Source: Archangium sp. (lineage in GTDB: Bacteria > Myxococcota > Myxococcia > Myxococcales > Myxococcaceae). From it: a stretch of DNA of 18,144 nucleotides. The DNA lies in contig JANLPS010000452.1 in the NCBI GenBank assembly GCA_031367385.1, positions 1 to 18,144 on the forward strand, given 5' to 3'. Both the position numbers and the translations under genes were made by a program. The notes below the pieces were generated by a model. That model was given only the letters and a program-made list of their open reading frames with translations. It was not told where the DNA came from and searched no databases. This document shows positions 10,554 to 17,032 of the stretch, in pieces. Every line of letters begins with the position of its first letter. Positions within the stretch are counted from its first letter, which is position 1.

Positions 10554-11244
10554 TCCTCGCGCTCCTGCCGGGGATGGACGGGACCGGCACGATGTTTTCG
10601 ATATTGTCGAGGGTGCTGCCGCCACGCTTCGAGCCGCGCGTCATTGACTACCCTGCACGCGAAACCCTCTCGTACGACGCCTTGCTCGCACGAATCGAAG
10701 CGAGATTGCCGACCGATCAGCCGTACGCGGTGGTCGCTGAGTCGTTCTCAGAGCCGCTGGCAATTCGGCTCGCGGCGGCCAAACCGAAGGGCTGATTGCC
10801 GTAGTGCTGGTCGCCACGTTTCATGCCCGGCCGGTCTCGTGGGTGGTCGCCGCCGTGGGGCCGCTTCTCAGTGGGGCCGTGTTCTCGTTGCCACTGCCGG
10901 GCGCCGTGGTTCGGAGGCTCCTCGCAGGCACCAGTGCGCCTCGGGCGCTGATCGAGGCGTTTCAAGCGGCTGTGGCCTCGGTCGACCCGGTGGTGCTCGC
11001 CGATCGTGCGAGATCAGCGCTGGCCGTCGACGTTTCCACAGACGTGACGCGCGCTCAGGTCCCGATGCTGTTCATTCGAGCGACCCGCGACGCGTTGATC
11101 CGCGAAACCGTCGTCGATGAGCTGCGGGTGCTGAACCCAAGCATTGAGGTCACGGAAATCATCGCACCTCACCTCGTCTTGCAAGTCGCCCCCGAAGCGT
11201 CAGCTGCTGTGATTGCGGCCTTCGTCGACCGCCAGGCCCGCTGA
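10550..11244 (+). pseudogene. alpha/beta hydrolase split by a single-base frameshift near 10790 (pseudogene or assembly error)
   Basis: LLPGMDGTG and AESFS(E)P lie in 10550..10795; VLVATF...ATRDALI...APHLVLQ lies in the next frame. Adding one G to aagggctg restores K-G-L-I-A-V-V-L. Confidence 0.8.
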
Positions 11245-11290
11245 ATTGCGACACCCGCAACCGCTTCATGCCCAATCGGTACTCCTGGGC

Positions 11291-11665
11291 ATGTCACCTC
11301 GCGCTTCCAGAATCGCCGCTCAAATCATGCGTTTGTGCGCTGGCGTGCTCGCCCCGTTCGGCTGGCTCGCTGCCATTTACGGCGTCATGCTCGTCTTCCC
11401 CGTCATCTCGGCCTTCATGGGCACCTGGTTGCTCATCGAATACAGCCGCATCGCCAAGGGGGCGTCTTCGGTAGAGCGCTCCATCTCGATTTGGGTCATC
11501 TCGCTCGCCTTCAACCTGGCCGGCGTGGTGATCGTCGGCAAGCTCGCCCAGTCGTGGGACACCGCCTTGTGGGCGGTCTGGCCCCTCATCGCCAGCCTGG
11601 TCAGCGCCTGGGGCCTGAGCCTCGAGGCCAATGACGCAAAGGCCCATTCGCCCAGCGGCGCGTAG
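11291..11665 (+). CDS. small membrane protein (about 4 TM helices), unknown function
   Basis: Hydrophobic segments LAPFGWLAAIYGVMLVFP, ISIWVISLAFNLAGVVIV and LWAVWPLIASLVSAWGL; ATG 11291. Confidence 0.7.
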   Translation: MSPRASRIAAQIMRLCAGVLAPFGWLAAIYGVMLVFPVISAFMGTWLLIEYSRIAKGASSVERSISIWVISLAFNLAGVVIVGKLAQSWDTALWAVWPLIASLVSAWGLSLEANDAKAHSPSGA

Positions 11666-11706
11666 GGCTTGCTGACGACCACGACTCCCGGTACGAGCCT
11701 CCAGTC

Positions 11707-12570
11707 ATGTCGTCGCCCGCTTGGTTCCAGAAGAAGCCGAAGATCGCCACGCCAGACCCGGTCGCCGAGACCGACGCCAGCCTCGCCAGCCGCATGGAGG
11801 GCATCTGGGGCAAGTGCGACGAGTGCGGTGAAATTCTGCTCCGCGAGGAGTTCGAAAAAGCCCTCAACGTCTGCCCCTCGTGCAATCACCACATGCAGCT
11901 GACCGCGCGCGCCCGGCTCGCCTACATCTGCGACCCCGACTCGTTCGAAGAGTTCGACGGGCACCTCGAGGCCCTCGACCCGCTCGGGTTCACCGACTCG
12001 AAAAAGTACAAAGACCGCCTCAAGAGCACCAAAAAAGCCCTCGGTGAGAACGACGCGTTCATCGCCGGCACCGCTACCATCGAAGGCCACCAGGTCTCGA
12101 TCGGCACCTTCTTGTTCGAGTTCATGGGCGGCTCGATGGGCTCGGTCGTCGGTGAAAAAGTCACCCGCGTCTTCGAGCGCGCCTACGAGCTGCGCTGCCC
12201 CGCGATCGTCTTCTCAGCCTCGGGCGGAGCGCGCATGCAAGAGGGCATCTTCTCACTCATGCAGATGGCCAAAACCAGCGCGGCCATCAACCGTTTTCGC
12301 GGCGCCAAGCGCCCGTACATCTCAGTCATGCTGCACCCCACGACCGGCGGCGTCGCGGCCTCGTTCTCGTGGCTCGGAGACGTGATTCTCGCCGAGCCCA
12401 AGGCCCTGATCGGCTTCGCCGGCCCCCGCGTCATCGAGCAGACCATTCGCCAGAAGCTGCCCGAGGGCTTTCAGCGCAGCGAGTTCTTGCTCGAGCACGG
12501 CATGATCGACGCGATCATTCAGCGCAAAGACATGAAGGCGAAGTTGGCCCAAGTCATCGGGCTCATGTGA
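11707..12570 (+). CDS. accD: acetyl-CoA carboxylase carboxyltransferase beta subunit
   Basis: Zn finger WGKCDEC...VCPSCNHH, FMGGSMGSVVGEK, SGGARMQEG, PTTGGVAAS and FAGPRVIEQTI. Confidence 0.97.
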   Translation: MSSPAWFQKKPKIATPDPVAETDASLASRMEGIWGKCDECGEILLREEFEKALNVCPSCNHHMQLTARARLAYICDPDSFEEFDGHLEALDPLGFTDSKKYKDRLKSTKKALGENDAFIAGTATIEGHQVSIGTFLFEFMGGSMGSVVGEKVTRVFERAYELRCPAIVFSASGGARMQEGIFSLMQMAKTSAAINRFRGAKRPYISVMLHPTTGGVAASFSWLGDVILAEPKALIGFAGPRVIEQTIRQKLPEGFQRSEFLLEHGMIDAIIQRKDMKAKLAQVIGLM

Positions 12571-13826
12571 CGCCCGACGAGGGGCTGGCGTACTTCGCGT
12601 CGCTCCCGCCCTCGTCGATCAAGATGGGCCTCGACCGGGTGCAGGCCGCCCTCGCTCAATTGGGCAACCCCGAGCGCAGATACCCCGCGCTCCACGTGGC
12701 CGGCACCAACGGCAAGGGCTCGACCTGCGCCTTCGCTGCCTCGTGCTTATCGCAGCGATACCGGGTCGGTTTGTACACGTCGCCCCACCTGATTCGGGTG
12801 AATGAACGAATCAAGATCAACGGCGTCGACATCAGCGACGCGGTGCTGGGCCAACGCATCGCCGAGGTGCGCGCGCGGCTGCCCGACATCGATCTGACCT
12901 ACTTCGAGCTCGGCACCATCGTCGCGTTCTGGCACTTCGCTCAAGAAGGCGTGGCCATCGCGGTGCTCGAGACTGGGCTCGGAGGCCGCCTCGACGCGAC
13001 CACCGCGTGCGTGCCCAAAGTGACGGCAATCACTCCGATTTCGTACGATCACCAGGAGTACCTCGGCACGACCCTCACTGCCATCGCCGGTGAAAAGGCC
13101 GGCATCGCCAAGCCCGGAGTGCCGCTGGTCACCAGCCGTCAAAGCCCAGAGGCCGAGGCCGTCTTCGCGGCGCTCGAGGGCGTGCCGCGCATGCGCGAAG
13201 GCGTCGACTTCGAGGCCAAGAGCGAGCCCCGATTCTCGTACCGCGGCTTCGATCTGCGCATCAGCGGAGTGACCTTGCCGCTCCACGGCCCGCACCAGAC
13301 GCAGAACGCCGCGGTGGCGCTTGCCTGTCTCGAGTTGCTCGGCCGCGACGGTTTCCCCCTGCGTGACGAACAGATCAGACGAGGCCTCGAGCGCACCCAA
13401 TGGCCCGGCCGGCTCGAAGAGTTTCCCGGAGCTCCGCTCGTCGTGCTCGATGGCGCCCACAACCCGGGCGGGGTCGAGGCGCTGCTCCAAGCGATCGACA
13501 GCCTTTACACCAAGCGGCCCATTCACCTGGTCTTCGGAGTCTTCGCTGACAAAGATGCCGAGCCGATGATTCGCGCGCTCTTCGCCCGCGTGTCGGCGGT
13601 CACTTTGACGCCGATCGCGAACCCGAGGAGCCGGCCGCCAGAGCAGTATCTCGCGCTCGCGCAGTCACTCAACTCGAACGTACGTGTCGCCAGCGACGCC
13701 GCAACAGCGGTCAACGAGGCCAAGGCGCAGAGCCCCGCGAATGGAGTCGTGATCGTCGCAGGCTCGCTCTTTCTCGTGGGGCAGGTGCGCGCCGCGCTGC
13801 TCGAACGAGCTGCTATAACGCCTTGA
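12567..13826 (+). CDS. folC: folylpolyglutamate synthase / dihydrofolate synthase
   Basis: HVAGTNGKGST, YTSPHL, ETGLGGRLDAT, WPGRLE, LDGAHNP and GSLFLVG; GTG 12567 overlaps the accD stop; accD-folC is a conserved gene order. Confidence 0.96.
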   Translation: MTPDEGLAYFASLPPSSIKMGLDRVQAALAQLGNPERRYPALHVAGTNGKGSTCAFAASCLSQRYRVGLYTSPHLIRVNERIKINGVDISDAVLGQRIAEVRARLPDIDLTYFELGTIVAFWHFAQEGVAIAVLETGLGGRLDATTACVPKVTAITPISYDHQEYLGTTLTAIAGEKAGIAKPGVPLVTSRQSPEAEAVFAALEGVPRMREGVDFEAKSEPRFSYRGFDLRISGVTLPLHGPHQTQNAAVALACLELLGRDGFPLRDEQIRRGLERTQWPGRLEEFPGAPLVVLDGAHNPGGVEALLQAIDSLYTKRPIHLVFGVFADKDAEPMIRALFARVSAVTLTPIANPRSRPPEQYLALAQSLNSNVRVASDAATAVNEAKAQSPANGVVIVAGSLFLVGQVRAALLERAAITP

Positions 13827-14740
13827 TGCCAGTCAAAATGTCGAAGCGCGTGCGCCGTTTTCTCGACGATGCCCACACGCTCGCCGCGCTCCCGGTCGCC
13901 AAGAAATACCGGCCGCTGGTCGTCGACGAATACTCCTTCGACGCGCAATTGCTGACCATGAGCCGGTTGTACCGCGCCAGCCGCCAGTTCTACCGCGACC
14001 TGGGCGGCCGCTTCGCCGCGCGCATCTCCTGCGAGGCCCGCTCCCTCGACGGAGGCCTGTTCGCCGAGGAGATCGAGTTCGCTCCGGCCGAGACCGAGCT
14101 GCTCTGGTTCAAAGATCACCATGGCCAGGTGCACGATCTCGAGGCCGAGGTCAGCGGCCTGCTGCGGTTCAACGAGATCTCGCTCTTTCACGAGCAAAAT
14201 CATCGCGTCATCTGGCTGCTGCTACCCCCCGCACCCGATACCCAGGTCGATCTGAAGCGCTACTTGAACTTCGCCGAGAGCCTGGTGGTCGCGCTCGACA
14301 TCGCGCTCGCAGAAGCGACCGGTGCCCTGGCGGTGCCGTTTCAGCGAATGAACCTGCTCTACCGAAGGCCGGGCAAGAACACCTGGCACCGTCGCCCGAA
14401 GGCGGAGTACCGCAGGTACCTCACTGCGGTGGCCTACGCGACCTACTGCTTTCTCGGCCTGGTCGAGAACAAAGACGTCATCAAAGCCGTCGACTACGCC
14501 TTGCCGAATCAGAAGGAGATCAACCGAGACGCCGTTCGCTGCAGCCTCGGGTTGAGCGAACGGTTTGCGCTGGTGACCAACCCCACCTGGCAGAACAGCT
14601 TCGGCGAATTCGCGCTCTCGCGGCTCGAGGTCATTCAGGCAAAATCGAAAGAACCCAAGTTGGTTTTGCCCGCCGACCCGCTCGATTTCGAAGCCGAATT
14701 TTCGCTCGCCCAGAGAGTCTTCAAACACTACGGTCTGTGA
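13826..14740 (+). CDS. hypothetical protein with HExxH motif (possible metallopeptidase or metalloenzyme)
   Basis: SLFHEQNHRV (HEQNH at 14189-14203) and a downstream NFAES Glu. ATG overlaps the folC stop and the gene ends 3 nt before ycaO. Confidence 0.75.
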   Translation: MPVKMSKRVRRFLDDAHTLAALPVAKKYRPLVVDEYSFDAQLLTMSRLYRASRQFYRDLGGRFAARISCEARSLDGGLFAEEIEFAPAETELLWFKDHHGQVHDLEAEVSGLLRFNEISLFHEQNHRVIWLLLPPAPDTQVDLKRYLNFAESLVVALDIALAEATGALAVPFQRMNLLYRRPGKNTWHRRPKAEYRRYLTAVAYATYCFLGLVENKDVIKAVDYALPNQKEINRDAVRCSLGLSERFALVTNPTWQNSFGEFALSRLEVIQAKSKEPKLVLPADPLDFEAEFSLAQRVFKHYGL

Positions 14741-14743
14741 CTC

Positions 14744-16048
14744 ATGACCGAAGAGCTCGGGCGACAATATTCTCCACAAGCGCTCGCGAGCGCGCTGAAC
14801 AACAAAGAGAAGATCGTCTATTCGCTCAACGGCAATCGCGCCGCCAACGGCCGCACGTTCTTGAAGAAGATCGAGAAGCTGTGCCCGCTCGTCGGCGTGC
14901 GACGGGTCGGCGACATCTCGCATCTCACCGGCGCTCCGTACCCGGTGTTTCAAAGCTGCAGGCCCAACCTGTTGCTGCACACGGAGTACGGTCAGAACTC
15001 CGGAGCCCTGGGCAAGGGCACCACTGAAACCCAAGCCAAGATCTCCTGCATCATGGAAGCGATCGAGGGCTACTGCTCGGAGCCTCGCAGCCCCCACCTC
15101 ATTCGCGCCTCGTTTCGATACCTGGCCCAGCAGTATGCGGTGCTCGACCCGCGCAAACTGCTGACCCAATTCGACGTCGACCCGCCCTCGCTCGACGAGC
15201 CTTTGATGTGGACTCCGGCATATTCGGTGAAGACCGGCAGCGCCATCTGGGTGCCCGCGGAGACCGTCTATTGCCCCTTCGTCAACAAGCCGTATCGAAC
15301 CCGTTCGCTGTTCATCTCGGCCTCGAACGGGTTGTCGTCAGGCTCGACCTACCTCGAGGCCGTCGTGCACGGGTTGTACGAGCTGATCGAGCGCTACTAC
15401 CTCGCCAAGATGGAGCAGGGCGGGGTGACCGTCGAGGCGATGTTCGAAGATCAGGTCAAAGAGCGCTCGGTGCAGGCGTACCTGCGGGTGATGGGCGACG
15501 AAGATCAAGTTCAGCTCTACGGCATCGAGCTGCCCGGCGTTCGCAACCTGCCGATGATCATGTGCTGCCTCGTCGCCGACAACACCCTGCATCAAGGCTG
15601 GGGCTGCTCGCCGTCGATCGAAATGTCAGTCAGCCGCGCGTTCAGCGAAGCGATGCAATCTCGCGCCACGGTGATCAGCGGGAGCCGCGAGAATATGCCG
15701 TCGATTGAATCGGGCGCTCGGGCCGCCGAAGAGAGCATCTTCGGCAAAGCCACCCAGCCCGAGGAGCGCACCTTGAGCCTCAAGGCCCTCCGCGCTCGGG
15801 CGATCGACAAGCGCTTCACCTCGCTCGACCAGGAGTACCAATTCGTCTTGGCCTGGCTGCGAGCGCGCTCGCTCGACAACGTGATCATCGCCAATTTGAC
15901 TCGGCAGGGCATCGACGTCCCGGTGGTCAAAGTGCTCATCCCCGAGTTGGCGGTGCCCAGCCACTTTCGAACCCGCACCAAGACGCCCTACCAACCCCAA
16001 ACCTCGACCGAGCGGCAGTTTCGCACCATTCAGGTGGCCGCCGAATGA
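14744..16048 (+). CDS. ycaO: YcaO-family protein, TfuA-associated type
   Basis: GKGTTETQAKISCIMEAIE, SNGLSSGSTYLEAVVHGLYELIER, RAFSEAMQSRATVISGSRE and VPVVKVLIPEL; no terminal PxP motif. Confidence 0.92.
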   Translation: MTEELGRQYSPQALASALNNKEKIVYSLNGNRAANGRTFLKKIEKLCPLVGVRRVGDISHLTGAPYPVFQSCRPNLLLHTEYGQNSGALGKGTTETQAKISCIMEAIEGYCSEPRSPHLIRASFRYLAQQYAVLDPRKLLTQFDVDPPSLDEPLMWTPAYSVKTGSAIWVPAETVYCPFVNKPYRTRSLFISASNGLSSGSTYLEAVVHGLYELIERYYLAKMEQGGVTVEAMFEDQVKERSVQAYLRVMGDEDQVQLYGIELPGVRNLPMIMCCLVADNTLHQGWGCSPSIEMSVSRAFSEAMQSRATVISGSRENMPSIESGARAAEESIFGKATQPEERTLSLKALRARAIDKRFTSLDQEYQFVLAWLRARSLDNVIIANLTRQGIDVPVVKVLIPELAVPSHFRTRTKTPYQPQTSTERQFRTIQVAAE

Positions 16049-16719
16049 GAGTGAAGATCTACTGCGGCCCCGAGCTCGCCGAGTCGGTGCGCACCGTGCT
16101 GCCCGAGGCTGAGCTGGCTCCGCCGATCAAGCGCGGCGACGTACATCGCGACCTCGCCGCGGCTGTGAACGTGGTCGGCATCGTCGATGGTGACGTGCTC
16201 GAAGCGGTCTCGGTCGCGTCAACTGAGATTCTCGACGCGATCAGGGTCGGCGTGCGGGTCTTCGGCGCCGGCGGCCTCGGAGCGATTCGCGCCGCCGAGC
16301 TCGATCGACTCGGCATGACCGGCTGCGGCCTCGTCTATGATCACGTCAGGGCCAACCCATACTTTCGCGACGACGCGCTCGGCCTCGTGCACTTCAGCGG
16401 CCCCGATGCGTCGAGCACGATTTCACTCGTCGAGCTCGAGCTCACGATTGAGCGCCTGGTTGCGTCGAAGAAGCTCGCCGTGGGCGCCGCTCGAGGCCTG
16501 CTCCGGCGCTTTCGTGACCTGCATTTTTCGCAGCGCACCTTTGACCGTCTGCACGCCGACCTCGAATCGCGCAGCCGTGCGGCCGAGCTCGACGCACTCG
16601 CCCAGGTTCGCAAGCACCACGTGAGCCAGAAGGGTCGCGATGCGGTCGCGATGGCCAAGCTGATTCGCGCTGAGCTCGCACTCGTCGCGAAGCACAACCG
16701 GCAGCTCAACGGCGCCTGA
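16045..16719 (+). CDS. tfuA: TfuA-like protein (catalytic motifs divergent)
   Basis: IYCGP, PPIKRGD, VGIVDG, EILDAI..GVRVFGA..LGAIRAAEL, GMTGCGLVY, DD, LHFSQRT and SQKGRDA; ATGA overlap with ycaO. Confidence 0.9.
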   Translation: MRVKIYCGPELAESVRTVLPEAELAPPIKRGDVHRDLAAAVNVVGIVDGDVLEAVSVASTEILDAIRVGVRVFGAGGLGAIRAAELDRLGMTGCGLVYDHVRANPYFRDDALGLVHFSGPDASSTISLVELELTIERLVASKKLAVGAARGLLRRFRDLHFSQRTFDRLHADLESRSRAAELDALAQVRKHHVSQKGRDAVAMAKLIRAELALVAKHNRQLNGA

Positions 16720-16761
16720 AAATGAAGAAGCGGTCGGCCTCGAATCACGAGACCGACCGCT
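16719..16761 (-). terminator. intrinsic terminator downstream of the precursor gene (between convergent tfuA and precursor)
   Basis: Minus strand reads AGCGGTCGGTCTCG-TGATT-CGAGGCCGACCGCT: a 14-bp stem with one G-U pair, followed by TCTTCATTTT. Confidence 0.75.
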
Positions 16762-16787
16762 GCAAAACAGCACCGAGAGCGCCTGAA

Positions 16788-16892
16788 TTAGAACGCTGCG
16801 TGGCAGCTGGGCTTGCCGCCGACGACCTTCTTCAGGTCGGCATCGGCCAGGTTCTTGAGCTTCAGGGTGGGCTTCACTTTTTTGATCGACAT
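16788..16892 (-). CDS. putative RiPP precursor peptide, double-glycine leader (34 aa)
   Basis: Hand translation gives MSIKKVKPTLKLKNLADADLKKVVGG-KPSCHAAF*. GAAAGG SD lies 8 nt upstream, third positions are nearly all G/C, and a terminator follows. Too short for the ORF track. Confidence 0.85.
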   Translation of the reverse strand: MSIKKVKPTLKLKNLADADLKKVVGGKPSCHAAF

Positions 16893-17032
16893 GTGGGTTG
16901 CCTTTCGACTGCTGGTTGTGGCGAAGAGAGATGCTACCGCCGAGCACATTGTCGTACAGGCCGAAGTGAAGTTGCTTGTGGTGAAATTAAATACATTCCA
17001 CGAGCGATATCGGGCGCTTAACCTCGTGCTTC

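Noticed and set aside
14744..16719. ycaO-tfuA as the methanogen McrA thioamidation system or a standard thioviridamide-type cluster
   Set aside because: The context is bacterial with no mcr genes; no HFCD decarboxylase or kinase/lyase is in view, and the core does not end in Cys.
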